Source: Actinomycetes bacterium
GTDB lineage: Bacteria > Actinomycetota > Actinomycetes > DATJPE01
Reading direction: 5' to 3'
NCBI GenBank assembly: GCA_031430645.1
Contig: JANPBY010000190.1
Span: 1 to 60,755, forward strand
Length of the DNA: 60,755 nt
Shown: positions 47,992 to 57,755 of the stretch, in pieces
Position numbering within the stretch: position 1 is the first letter of the stretch
How the letters are laid out: every line of letters begins with the position of its first letter
The notes under the pieces: generated by a model
What the model was told of the DNA's origin: nothing
What the model saw: only the letters and a program-made list of their open reading frames with translations
Databases searched by the model: none
Position numbers and translations under genes: made by a program

Positions 47992-49674
47992 CTAGCTGCA
48001 GGTCGTGCCGTCCTTGGGGGGAGTCCCCGCCAGCAGATAGGCCTCGACGGCTCGGTTGATGCAGGCGTTGCCGCGGTTGTAGGCCGTGTGCCCGTCGCCG
48101 TCGTAGGTGAGGAGAACACCAGAGGACAGTTGGGCGGCCAGTGCCTCTGCCCAGACGTACGGCGTCGCGGGGTCACGAGTCGTTCCAACGACGAGGATCG
48201 GTGCAGCACCCTCTGCGGCGATCTGGGCCGTCTCGGCCACGGGGGGATGCGGCCAGTCACGGCAGGTGATGGTCCCCCAAGCGAAGCCTGCCCCGAAGAC
48301 CGGGGAGAGCTTCTCGTACTCGGGGACGAGCGCCGCGGCCTCCTCGAGGCTGGACAGGCTGCCCTTGTCGAGGCAGTTGATCGCGATGTTCGCCTCTAGC
48401 AGGTTGCCGAAGGATCCGTCCTCCTTGCGATCGGTGTAGAGGTCGGCCAGCTGGAGAAGAGTGGAGCCGTCCCCGGAAAAGGCCTGCGCCAAGCCGGTAC
48501 GCAACGCCTCCCAGAAGTACTCAGGGGCGTACAGCGCCTCCCCGATACCCAGACTGGCGAGGCCCTCGGTCAAGGGCCGGCCGGCGTCGAACGTGGGGAT
48601 CGGCGCTGCGTCAAGTTCCCGATAGAACTCAGCGATCCGCTGCCCGGCCGCGACCGGATCAGCTGGGAGGGGACAGTCGTCGTTCTTGGCGCAATCCGCA
48701 ACGAAGGAGTCGAAGGCCTGCTGGAACCCTTTGAGTTGTCCCTTGCCAGTGGCGATCCCGTCGAGGGAAGGGTCGAGCGCACCATCGAGAACCAGCCGAC
48801 CCACCCGGTCAGGAAACAGTCCGGCATAGACCGAACCCAGGTAGGTGCCATAGGAAGCGCCGAGGTAGGACAGCTTCTCGTCGCCAAGCGCCGCGCGGAT
48901 CACGTCCATGTCGCGGGCGGTGTCCTCGGTGGAGACGTACGGCAGGATCGCTCCGCTCTTCAATTCACACCCTTCGGTGAGGGCGGCAATTGAGGTGAGG
49001 AACTGCTGTTCCTCTGCGGCATCGTCCGGCGTTGGGTCCGCCGCGAAGAAGGCATCGAGGTCGGGGCTCGGCAGGCAGCGGACGGGTCGGTTCTCACCAG
49101 TGCCTCGCGGGTCGAATCCGACGATGTCGTAGGCCGCACGCACCGGCGCAGTGAACTGGGCCCGGGCCGCGCGGGCGTAGTCCACCCCCGACACACCTGG
49201 CCCTCCAGGATTGACCAAGAGCGAACCGATCCGCTCATCAGGCTTGGTGGCTGGCAGCCGCAGGATGGGAACGGCGAGGTCGCCCGCCTCGGGCTTGGCC
49301 CAGTCGCGGGGAACGGTGACGTTCGAGCACTCGAAGTCACCGCCGCACCCGGACCAGTTGAGCTTCTGGTCGTAGTAGGCGGCCAGGTCGGTTGCCGGCG
49401 CCGAGGGAGCAACCGAGGACGACGGGATGGGAGTGGGCTCGGGGGCATCCGACGTGCACGCGGTCAGGGCTAGAGCAGCAGTGACCACAAGCGCCCCTAA
49501 GCGCACCGACCTCGCGCGCGCACTCGACACTCGGTGCTCGATCACGTCAGGAGACTCCTTGCAGACGGTGGACGACTTGGGGGACGACTTCGTTGGGAGC
49601 TCATGACCGTCTCCCCCGTGATCGACGGGTGGGTGCTCAGCAGGGTTCCCGGCAAGAGGGGAGGCGTACGTCAC
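47992..49674 (-). CDS. TAP-like alpha/beta-hydrolase lipoprotein (tripeptidyl aminopeptidase/Hip1 family)
   Basis: Lipobox LTAC, NPGGPG, FDPRG, GASYG, DPATP and GHT. The true start may be ~40 codons downstream of 49674. Confidence 0.93.
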   Translation of the reverse strand: MTYASPLAGNPAEHPPVDHGGDGHELPTKSSPKSSTVCKESPDVIEHRVSSARARSVRLGALVVTAALALTACTSDAPEPTPIPSSSVAPSAPATDLAAYYDQKLNWSGCGGDFECSNVTVPRDWAKPEAGDLAVPILRLPATKPDERIGSLLVNPGGPGVSGVDYARAARAQFTAPVRAAYDIVGFDPRGTGENRPVRCLPSPDLDAFFAADPTPDDAAEEQQFLTSIAALTEGCELKSGAILPYVSTEDTARDMDVIRAALGDEKLSYLGASYGTYLGSVYAGLFPDRVGRLVLDGALDPSLDGIATGKGQLKGFQQAFDSFVADCAKNDDCPLPADPVAAGQRIAEFYRELDAAPIPTFDAGRPLTEGLASLGIGEALYAPEYFWEALRTGLAQAFSGDGSTLLQLADLYTDRKEDGSFGNLLEANIAINCLDKGSLSSLEEAAALVPEYEKLSPVFGAGFAWGTITCRDWPHPPVAETAQIAAEGAAPILVVGTTRDPATPYVWAEALAAQLSSGVLLTYDGDGHTAYNRGNACINRAVEAYLLAGTPPKDGTTCS

Positions 49675-50849
49675 GCCGCGCGCAGCGCGAGGGTCATGGC
49701 CTCGACCGCCAGGAGCGGCGCGACGTTCTGCTCAATGGCCAGCCGAGCCGCCATCACCGCCTCGATTCGGCGCAGCGTCGTCTCCGGGGAGGTCGCCGCC
49801 GCCACCGAGTCGAGATCACGGCGCCGGTCGGCGTTGACCAGGGCGACTGAAGACCCGGCCTGCAAGATCAACACGTCTCGGTAGAAGGCCACCAGGTCGA
49901 GGAAGGCGCGGTCGAGGGAGTCGCGTACGGCGCGGGTGCGACGGCGCTTTTGACCGTCCTCGAGCTCTTTCAACGCGCCGGCAGCGCCGGTCGGACGACG
50001 TCCCCCTGGGACCAGACCAAACTCCTGTTGCAAGGCCTCGAGCTCGGCCTGCTCACGGGTGCCATTGGACACTTCGGCGTCTTCCTTTGCGGCGTCGACG
50101 AGATTGGCGGCCGCCGTCAGGCACCCGCCGACCATGGCCGTCTGCAGGGGCACCGCGACCACTTCAGCGCGCCGGAGCCGAGCGCCCTCGTCCCGAGCCA
50201 GACCTCGAGCCCGGCCCACGTGGCCTTGGCTCGCAGCCGCCGCGAAAGCCGCCATCGCTGGATCGATGCCGTCGTCACGGACCAGCAGGTCGGCCACCGC
50301 CCGCGCCGACGGGGCGACCAACGACACCTGCCGACAACGGGAGGCGACGGTGGCAGGCGTGTCGGCCGAAGTCGGCGCGGACAGCACCCAAACGGTGCGG
50401 GGCGTGGGCTCCTCGATCGCCTTGAGCAACGCACCGGCGCTTCGGTATTGCGACCCGTGGATGCCGAAGCGATCGGCCTCCTCGAGGATGAGGACGCGCC
50501 AGCGACCCTGGCTCGGCAGCCTGGCCGCCTCGAGGACCATGTCGCGCATGTCGTCGATGAGATAGGTCTGAGCTCCCCTCGGCTTGTAGACCGAGACGTC
50601 GGCATGGCTCCCGGCAAGCGCGGTCTCGCACGCATGGCACCTACCGCAACCGCCCTCCGGGCACTGCAGGGCCGCAGCGAAGGCGCGCCCCGCGTTGGAA
50701 CGCCCGGAGCCCGGAGGCCCGGTGATCAGCCACGCATGAGTCATGGCCGGACCAGGCTCACCACGGAGTACAGCTCCGGCATCGGCAACAGCAGCCTTGA
50801 GGCCACGCAGTGCCCGCTCTTGGCCGACCAGGGAGTCCCAGACGCTCAC
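49671..50849 (-). CDS. holB: DNA polymerase III subunit delta'
   Basis: HAWLITGPPGSGRS, Zn motif CPEGGCGRCHAC, LLKAIEEP and SRC; follows tmk. Confidence 0.95.
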   Translation of the reverse strand: MSVWDSLVGQERALRGLKAAVADAGAVLRGEPGPAMTHAWLITGPPGSGRSNAGRAFAAALQCPEGGCGRCHACETALAGSHADVSVYKPRGAQTYLIDDMRDMVLEAARLPSQGRWRVLILEEADRFGIHGSQYRSAGALLKAIEEPTPRTVWVLSAPTSADTPATVASRCRQVSLVAPSARAVADLLVRDDGIDPAMAAFAAAASQGHVGRARGLARDEGARLRRAEVVAVPLQTAMVGGCLTAAANLVDAAKEDAEVSNGTREQAELEALQQEFGLVPGGRRPTGAAGALKELEDGQKRRRTRAVRDSLDRAFLDLVAFYRDVLILQAGSSVALVNADRRRDLDSVAAATSPETTLRRIEAVMAARLAIEQNVAPLLAVEAMTLALRAA

Positions 50850-51514
50850 GCGGTTGCTCCCGCGTGCCAGGTGCTCAGCGCCGCGTCTGCGGCAGCGGCG
50901 ATGTCAGCAGCCACTGCGGCGATCGGTCGATCGGCCGCCACCACGGCGTAGCGGCGGGGCTCGCGAGCCGCGAGGTCGAGGAATCCTTGCCGGACCCGGC
51001 GATGGAACTCCAGCGGCTCGGCCTCGAGCCGATCTGGGCTGCCCGCTCGGACGAGCCCCACCTCGGGATCGAGATCGAGGATCACGGTGAGGTCGGGCAG
51101 GAGCCCCCCGGTCGCCCAGCGAGACACCGACTCGATCTCGTCGCGGTCGAGGGTGCGCCCGGCGCCCTGATAGGCGAGCGAGGAATCGATGTAGCGATCA
51201 GTGATGACCGTCGATCCGCGCTCCAGAGCCGGGCGGATGACCGTGGCGACGTGATGGGCCCGGTCGGCGGCGTAGAGCAAGGCCTCGGCTCGAGGAGCGA
51301 GCTCGCCGGTAGCTGGGGCCAGCACGATCGCCCGGATCGCGGCGCCGGCAGGCGTGCCCCCCGGCTCCCGAGTCACGAGCACGCTGTGGCCCTTGGCTTC
51401 GAGATGGCGGGCCAGCAGCCGTCCCTGGGTGGACTTGCCTGTTCCCTCACCGCCTTCGAGGGCAACGAAGAATCCGCGCGCCACGGACCTCTGCCCCTCG
51501 CCAGCCGTCCGCAC
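50846..51514 (-). CDS. tmk: Thymidylate kinase
   Basis: EGGEGTGKSTQ, TREPGG, DRYIDSSLAYQG and DRLE. Confidence 0.97.
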   Translation of the reverse strand: MRTAGEGQRSVARGFFVALEGGEGTGKSTQGRLLARHLEAKGHSVLVTREPGGTPAGAAIRAIVLAPATGELAPRAEALLYAADRAHHVATVIRPALERGSTVITDRYIDSSLAYQGAGRTLDRDEIESVSRWATGGLLPDLTVILDLDPEVGLVRAGSPDRLEAEPLEFHRRVRQGFLDLAAREPRRYAVVAADRPIAAVAADIAAAADAALSTWHAGATA

Positions 51515-51608
51515 CCCGCGACCCTATCCGTCAGGCCCGACAGCACTCGATCAGCCCCGCAGCCGAAGGGCAAGGTTGGGACACCAGGCGACTGGGGGAT
51601 GCCGCGGG

Positions 51609-54290
51609 TCAGGGAACTGCGGGGGCCTTCTTGGCCGTCTTCTTGACTGGCTTGGCTGTCGTCTTTCCTGATTTCTTCGCCGTCTTCTTCGCCGTCTTCT
51701 TCGCCGGGCGTCGGCCGCCCTTCTTGGCGGGGCCGGCAGCACGCTTCTCCGCCAGGAGCTCCGCGGCCCGCTCGACGGTGACACCCTCGACCGTGTCGGC
51801 CTTGCGGAGGGTCGCGTTGGTCTCCCCGTCGGTGACGTAGGCCCCGAAGCGGCCGTCCTTGATCACGATCGGGCGAGCCGTCACGGGATCCGGCCCCAGC
51901 TCACGCAGTGGGGGCGCAGCGGCGGCGCGACCGCGCGCCTTCGGCAACGCATAGATCGCGAGTGCCTCGTCGAGGGTGATCGAGAACAACTGCTCCTCGC
52001 GCTCGATCGACCGCGAGTCCGTGCCCTTCTTGAGGTACGGGCCGTAGCGGCCGTTCTGTGCGGTGATCTCGACGGAGTCCGCAGGGTCCACTCCTACGAC
52101 CCGGGGGAGCGACAGGAGCCGAAGCGCATCTTCGAGAGTGACTGTGTCCAGGCTCATGTCTTTGAACAAAGAACCCGTGCGTGGTTTGGCATTCTTGGGT
52201 GCACCTTCGGCGAGCACCTCGGTGACGTACGGGCCGTAGCGCCCGGTCTTGGCCACGATCTCGAGGCCACTGACCGGGTCGTGGCCCAGCCGATGGTCGC
52301 CGGACGGGGCAGCGAGCAACTCCTCAGCCAGCGCCACGGTCAGCTCATCGGGTGCGAGGTCCTCAGGAACCGACGCGCGCTCCTCACCCCGCTCAATGTA
52401 GGGGCCGTAGCGGCCGACCCGCAGGGTGATCCCACCGCCGATGTCGACGCTGTTGATCTCTCGGGCATCGATATCGCCGAGGTTGTCTACCAGCCCCTTG
52501 AGGCCATCCAACGCTGCGCCAGTGCCGTCAGGTGAACCGAAGTAGAACGCGTGCAGCCACTCGCTGCGGTCCGCCTCACCGGCTGCGATCCGGTCGAGGT
52601 CAGACTCCATCTGAGCTGTGAAGTCATAGTCCACGAGCTCGCTGAACTGTTGCTCCAGCAGTTTGGTGACCGCGAAGGCGAGCCAGGTCGGCACCAAAGC
52701 GGTGCCCTTCTTGAAGACGTACCCCCGGTCGAGGATCACCGAGATCGTGGCGGCGTAGGTCGACGGGCGGCCGATGCCTCGCTCTTCGAGGGCCTTGACG
52801 AGCGTCGCCTCAGTGAATCGGGCCGGTGGCTGGGTCTCGTGCCCCTCGGCTTCGAGCGAGACGACCGCGAGGGTGTCTCCGACCGACATCGACGGGAGCC
52901 GCCGCTCGTCATCGTCACCAGCACCGGGCTCGTCGCGGCCCTCCTCGTGGGCCGCGAGGAATCCCCGGTGGGTGATGACCGTGCCCGAAGCAGACAGCTC
53001 GGCGTCACGCCCGTCGGTGGAGGTCGCACCCAGGCGTACCGACGCCGTCTGACCGCGCGCGTCGGCCATCTGCGAGGCGACGGTGCGCTTCCAGATCAGG
53101 TCGTAGAGGGCTAGTTCGTCCGGGCTGACCTCGCGAGCCAGCTCCCCGGGGGTACGGAAGACCTCGCCGGACGGCCGGATCGCCTCGTGCGCCTCCTGGG
53201 CGTTCTTCACCTTGCGGGTGTATTGACGCGGAGTGTCGGCGACGTTCTCGGCACCGAAGATCTGGGTCGCAGCCGCCCTGGCCGCAGCGATCGCCGACTC
53301 CGACAAGGTCGTGGAATCGGTCCGCATATACGTGATGTGGCCGTTCTCGTACAGCCGTTGCGCGACCCGCATCGCGACCTTGCTCGTCATCCGCAACTTG
53401 CGGCTGGCCTCTTGCTGCAAGGTGGAGGTCATGAACGGAGCGGCCGGTGATCGGCGGTAAGGCCGGTCCTCCACCGACCGCACCACGAACGCTGCACCGG
53501 CGAGGCCCGCGGTCAGGGACCGCACGGCCTGCTCGTCCAGCGCGACGGCGCCCGCCGTCTTGAGCCGACCGTCGGTGTCGAAGTCGCGCCCGGTGGCAAC
53601 CCGGGCCCCGTCCAGGGCAATCAACCGCGCGGTGAACGTGCCCGGGTCGAAGACGCCCTCGAGATCCCAGTAGCCGGCCCGCACGAAGGCCATCCGGTCA
53701 CGTTCGCGCTCAACGACCAGTCGCGTGGCGACCGACTGGACCCGCCCGGCGGAGAGCCCCGCGCGCACCTTGCGCCAGAGCACGGGGCTGACCTCATAGC
53801 CGTACAACCGGTCGAGGATCCGGCGGGTCTCCTGGGCGTCGACGAGCCGCTGATCGAGCTCGCGGGTGTCCTCAGCGGCCTGTCGGATCGCATCACGCGT
53901 GATCTCGTGGAAGACCATCCGACGCACGGGCACCTTGGGCTCGAGCACCTGCAAGAGGTGCCACGCAATGGCCTCGCCCTCGCGGTCCTCATCTGTTGCG
54001 AGGAGGAGTTCGTCCGCGTCCTTGAGCTTGCGCTTGAGCTCGGCGACCTTCTTCTTCTTGTCCTGGTCGACGACGTAGTAAGGCTCGAAGCCGTTGTCGA
54101 CGTCGACCGCGAACTTACCGAAGCGACCCTTCTTCTCCTCGGCCGGCAACTCACTCGGGGTCGGGAGATCCCGGATGTGTCCGATGCTCGAGTCGACCTC
54201 GTATCCTGGCCCGAGATAGCCCGCGATCGTCTTCGCCTTGGCAGGCGACTCGACGATCACGAGCCGGCGTATGACCTCGCTCTCGGGCAC
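51609..54290 (-). CDS. topA: DNA topoisomerase I with actinobacterial C-terminal repeats and Lys-rich tail
   Basis: VIVESPAKAK, ATDEDREGE, SAGRVQS, ITYMRTD, GRYGPY repeats and AKKT repeats. Confidence 0.99.
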   Translation of the reverse strand: MPESEVIRRLVIVESPAKAKTIAGYLGPGYEVDSSIGHIRDLPTPSELPAEEKKGRFGKFAVDVDNGFEPYYVVDQDKKKKVAELKRKLKDADELLLATDEDREGEAIAWHLLQVLEPKVPVRRMVFHEITRDAIRQAAEDTRELDQRLVDAQETRRILDRLYGYEVSPVLWRKVRAGLSAGRVQSVATRLVVERERDRMAFVRAGYWDLEGVFDPGTFTARLIALDGARVATGRDFDTDGRLKTAGAVALDEQAVRSLTAGLAGAAFVVRSVEDRPYRRSPAAPFMTSTLQQEASRKLRMTSKVAMRVAQRLYENGHITYMRTDSTTLSESAIAAARAAATQIFGAENVADTPRQYTRKVKNAQEAHEAIRPSGEVFRTPGELAREVSPDELALYDLIWKRTVASQMADARGQTASVRLGATSTDGRDAELSASGTVITHRGFLAAHEEGRDEPGAGDDDERRLPSMSVGDTLAVVSLEAEGHETQPPARFTEATLVKALEERGIGRPSTYAATISVILDRGYVFKKGTALVPTWLAFAVTKLLEQQFSELVDYDFTAQMESDLDRIAAGEADRSEWLHAFYFGSPDGTGAALDGLKGLVDNLGDIDAREINSVDIGGGITLRVGRYGPYIERGEERASVPEDLAPDELTVALAEELLAAPSGDHRLGHDPVSGLEIVAKTGRYGPYVTEVLAEGAPKNAKPRTGSLFKDMSLDTVTLEDALRLLSLPRVVGVDPADSVEITAQNGRYGPYLKKGTDSRSIEREEQLFSITLDEALAIYALPKARGRAAAAPPLRELGPDPVTARPIVIKDGRFGAYVTDGETNATLRKADTVEGVTVERAAELLAEKRAAGPAKKGGRRPAKKTAKKTAKKSGKTTAKPVKKTAKKAPAVP

Positions 54291-54357
54291 TGCACTCCTC
54301 GAATCCGGACGGTTCTTGGTTGGACGGTGTGAGTGAGGCTACGGCCCGCCCCCGGGG

Positions 54358-56670
54358 CTAGGCGTCGATCGCGTCGCCTACCGCGATCGGGCGACGCTTG
54401 GAGACATAGACCGCCACGACCACGATCGTCAGCGCAACCAGGGCGATGCCCCAACGCAGCGCGGTGTTGGCATCGTCGCCGTAGGACAGCTGAACGATGG
54501 CGGGCGCGATGAGCAGCGCCACCAAGTTCATGACCTTGAGCAGCGGGTTGATAGCCGGGCCGGCCGTGTCCTTGAACGGGTCGCCGACGGTGTCGCCGAT
54601 CACGGTTGCTGCGTGCGCCTCGGAGCCCTTACCTCCGTGGTGACCGTCCTCCACGAACTTCTTGGCGTTGTCCCAAGCACCACCGGAGTTGGCCAGGAAC
54701 ACAGCCATCAAGGTGCCGCAGGCGATCGCGCCCGCGAGGAAGGCCGCGATGGACCCGATGCCGAGGGCGAAGCCGACGGCGACAGGAGTCAATACGGCGA
54801 GCAGTCCGGGGGTCACCAACTCGCGGAGAGAGTCGCGGGTGACGATGTCGACGACGCGGCCGTACTCCGGCAACTCGGTCCCGTCCATGATGCCGGGGTG
54901 CTCGCGGAACTGGCGCCGCACCTCGAAGATGACCGCGCCCGCTGCGCGGGACACCGCATTGATGGCCAGGCCGGAGAAGAGGAAGACCACCGAAGCGCCG
55001 ATGATCAGACCGACCAGGACATTGGGGTTGGTCACGCTGGTGTCCAGGCTGAGCAGGTCGAAACCGGTGAGCGACCCCGTGTCGACGCCGATCTCGGCCA
55101 GCTTGCTGGCGACACTGTCCGTGAACGCGCCGAACAGCGCGGTCGCCGCGAGCACAGCGGTCGCGATCGCGATGCCCTTGGTGATGGCCTTGGTGGTGTT
55201 GCCCACTGCGTCGAGGGAGGTCAGGACCTTGGCGCCCTCTGGAGTGACGTCTCCCGACATCTCGGCGATGCCTTGGGCGTTGTCGGAGACCGGACCGAAG
55301 GTGTCCATCGACACGATGACGCCAACGGTGGTGAGGAGGCCGGTACCCGCAAGCGCGATCGCGAACAGCGACAAGATGATGACGCCACCCCCGAGCAAGT
55401 ACGCCGCGTAGACGGCGCTGCCGATGACCAGGGCGGAGTAGACCGCGGACTCCAGACCCAGGGAGATGCCCGAGAGGATCACCGTGGCCGGGCCGGTGAG
55501 GGCGGTCTTGGCCACGTCGTCCACCGGTCGACGGTTGGTCTCGGTGAAGTAGCCGGTCAGGACCTGGATCACGGCCGCAAGCACGATGCCGATGAGGACC
55601 GCCGAGATGGCGAAGATCCGCGGGTTGATGTCCGAGCCGGCGGTGAGCACGTTGCCGCTGAGCTCGGCCATGGTGGCCGGCAGGTACGCGAAGGCTGCGA
55701 AGCCCACGAGCACTGCCGAGATGACCGCAGAGATGAAGAAGCCGCGGTTGATGGCCGCCATCCCGCTCTTGTCGCCAGCACGGGGTGAGACCGCAAAGAT
55801 GCCGATGACGGCGGTGAGCACGCCGATCGCCGGAACGATGAGCGGGAAGACCAGACCCTCCGCACCGAAGGCGGTCTTGCCCAGGATGAGCGCGGCCACG
55901 AGTGTGACCGCGTAGGACTCGAAGAGGTCAGCGGCCATCCCGGCGCAGTCGCCGACATTGTCACCGACGTTGTCGGCGATCGTCGCTGCGTTACGCGGGT
56001 CATCCTCGGGGATTCCTTGCTCGACCTTGCCGACCAGGTCGGCGCCGACGTCCGCCGCCTTGGTGAAGATGCCACCGCCGACTCGCATGAACATCGCGAG
56101 CATGGCCGCGCCGAAGCCAAAGCCTTCGAGGACCTTGGCGGCGTCTTCCTTGTAGATCAGGACGACGACGGCTGCGCCGAAGAGGCCCAGGCCAACGGTG
56201 AACATCCCGGCGACACCACCGGTGCGGAACGCGATCCGCGTGGCTTGCTGCGCGCCTGAGTCATTGGCCGCGGCTGCCACCCGGACATTGCCACGGACGG
56301 CGAGCCACATACCCGTGTAGCCGGTGATCGCTGAGAAGACAGCGCCGACCAAGAAGAAGATTGACCGACCCACGCGCTCGCTGGTGGTCTCGGCTGGGAG
56401 CAGGAAGAGGAGGAAGAACACCAGGACCGCGAACACAGACAAGGTGCGGAACTGTCGGCTCAAATAGGCCGACGCGCCTTCCTGGATCGCGAGCGCGATG
56501 CGCTGCATGTTGTCGGTGCCTTGGCCTGCGGCGAGAACCTCGCGGACGAAGAACGCCGCAACTCCCAGCGCAGCCAGGGCGACGAGCGCTACCACGACGA
56601 CGATCGTCTGGTTCGTCCCAGTCAGGGACACCAGCCCGTCGCCGCCCACGGCGAAGTTGAACCCGGACAT
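54358..56670 (-). CDS. hppA: Membrane-bound ion-translocating pyrophosphatase (predicted K+-independent, H+-pumping)
   Basis: RVGGGIFTKAADVGADLVGKVE, DNVGDNVGD, GNTTKA and GDTVGDPFKD. Confidence 0.96.
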   Translation of the reverse strand: MSGFNFAVGGDGLVSLTGTNQTIVVVVALVALAALGVAAFFVREVLAAGQGTDNMQRIALAIQEGASAYLSRQFRTLSVFAVLVFFLLFLLPAETTSERVGRSIFFLVGAVFSAITGYTGMWLAVRGNVRVAAAANDSGAQQATRIAFRTGGVAGMFTVGLGLFGAAVVVLIYKEDAAKVLEGFGFGAAMLAMFMRVGGGIFTKAADVGADLVGKVEQGIPEDDPRNAATIADNVGDNVGDCAGMAADLFESYAVTLVAALILGKTAFGAEGLVFPLIVPAIGVLTAVIGIFAVSPRAGDKSGMAAINRGFFISAVISAVLVGFAAFAYLPATMAELSGNVLTAGSDINPRIFAISAVLIGIVLAAVIQVLTGYFTETNRRPVDDVAKTALTGPATVILSGISLGLESAVYSALVIGSAVYAAYLLGGGVIILSLFAIALAGTGLLTTVGVIVSMDTFGPVSDNAQGIAEMSGDVTPEGAKVLTSLDAVGNTTKAITKGIAIATAVLAATALFGAFTDSVASKLAEIGVDTGSLTGFDLLSLDTSVTNPNVLVGLIIGASVVFLFSGLAINAVSRAAGAVIFEVRRQFREHPGIMDGTELPEYGRVVDIVTRDSLRELVTPGLLAVLTPVAVGFALGIGSIAAFLAGAIACGTLMAVFLANSGGAWDNAKKFVEDGHHGGKGSEAHAATVIGDTVGDPFKDTAGPAINPLLKVMNLVALLIAPAIVQLSYGDDANTALRWGIALVALTIVVVAVYVSKRRPIAVGDAIDA

Positions 56671-56858
56671 CGATCCTCCTCAAAACTCAGGTCAAGCGCA
56701 GACCGCCCTGGACCAGGGATTGCCTGGTTCCGGGGGGACGCGTGCGTCAGCCGTACGGGCAGTTAGGGGGCGACCCCCGGCCACGTCGTCGGCGGGCGGA
56801 GTCTACGCAGAAGTTGGCGTGTACTCCGACACGGGCCGGGGGACAGGCTGTTTCTCGG

Positions 56859-57332
56859 TCAGTTGCCGGGCGCCCCGACCGGCACGTTCCAGGTGAGCGT
56901 GACCGACGATCCGGCACTGTCGTGGGTCACCGACACGTCCTCCACGAGGCCATCGATGACGGCCAGGCCAACAGCCGGGGGAAGAACGCCCAACTCGGAG
57001 TCGTCCAGGGCGTCACCGTGCTCGGCGAGAGCTGCAAGCGCGAGATCGTGGGAAGCACCCTCAGGCGGCGCCACGGCAACCGGCGCTCGGTCGACCACCT
57101 CGACCAGGAACACCCCTGCCTGGTCATCGGAGAACCGGACCAGGACGGGTTCCTCGGGGCAGGCGACCACGTGCAGGCCGACAGCGCGCGAGGTGGCCTC
57201 GCCCACGGCGAGCCGCACTTCTTCCAGGCTCTGCTCGTCGAGCCCCGCACGGCGACCGAGGGACACGGCAACCAGCCGGGCCGTACGCACGTGCGCAGGT
57301 ATGGCAGCGAGGGCGAGCTCTACGGTGGCCAT
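56859..57332 (-). CDS. Anti-sigma factor-like HATPase protein (partner of BldG)
   Basis: HVRTARL, EVRLAVGEATSRAV, VEVVD and GLAVIDGLVED. Confidence 0.88.
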   Translation of the reverse strand: MATVELALAAIPAHVRTARLVAVSLGRRAGLDEQSLEEVRLAVGEATSRAVGLHVVACPEEPVLVRFSDDQAGVFLVEVVDRAPVAVAPPEGASHDLALAALAEHGDALDDSELGVLPPAVGLAVIDGLVEDVSVTHDSAGSSVTLTWNVPVGAPGN

Positions 57333-57338
57333 CAGGCG

Positions 57339-57680
57339 TCAGCCGGCCGAGCCGACCGCCTCGGCGACGGTGGCGTGGATCGGGAACACCTTGCGCAGCC
57401 CGGTGATCTCGAAGATCTTCAGGATACGTTCCTGGGTCAGCACGAGGACGAGCGAGCCGTCCTGAGCGCGCACCCTGTTGAGGGCACCCACAAGGACGCC
57501 CAGGCCGGTGGAGTCGAGGAACTCAACGCCGGACAGGTCGAGCACCAGGTCGACCTTTCCCTCGGCAACCAGCTCGACGACCCGCTCACGCAGCTGCGGC
57601 GCGGTATAGACGTCGATCTCGCCGCCAACCTCGACGACCGTGCGGTCGCCCTCTGTTCGGGTCACCAGGGTGAGGTCCAC
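57339..57680 (-). CDS. bldG: STAS anti-sigma factor antagonist (BldG-like)
   Basis: [26 protein letters not shown] and KIFEITGL; AAAGGA RBS; synteny with hppA and the helicase. Confidence 0.88.
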   Translation of the reverse strand: MDLTLVTRTEGDRTVVEVGGEIDVYTAPQLRERVVELVAEGKVDLVLDLSGVEFLDSTGLGVLVGALNRVRAQDGSLVLVLTQERILKIFEITGLRKVFPIHATVAEAVGSAG

Positions 57681-57755
57681 GGCGTTCCTTTCTCGGTGCG
57701 GGGAAGCGGCCTGCTCTCCCCGATTCAACCATCCCCGTGCGACCATGCCCGGGAC

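Noticed and set aside
51630-51725. AKKT tandem repeats in topA
   Set aside because: A known Lys-rich C-terminal tail of actinobacterial TopA; not novel.
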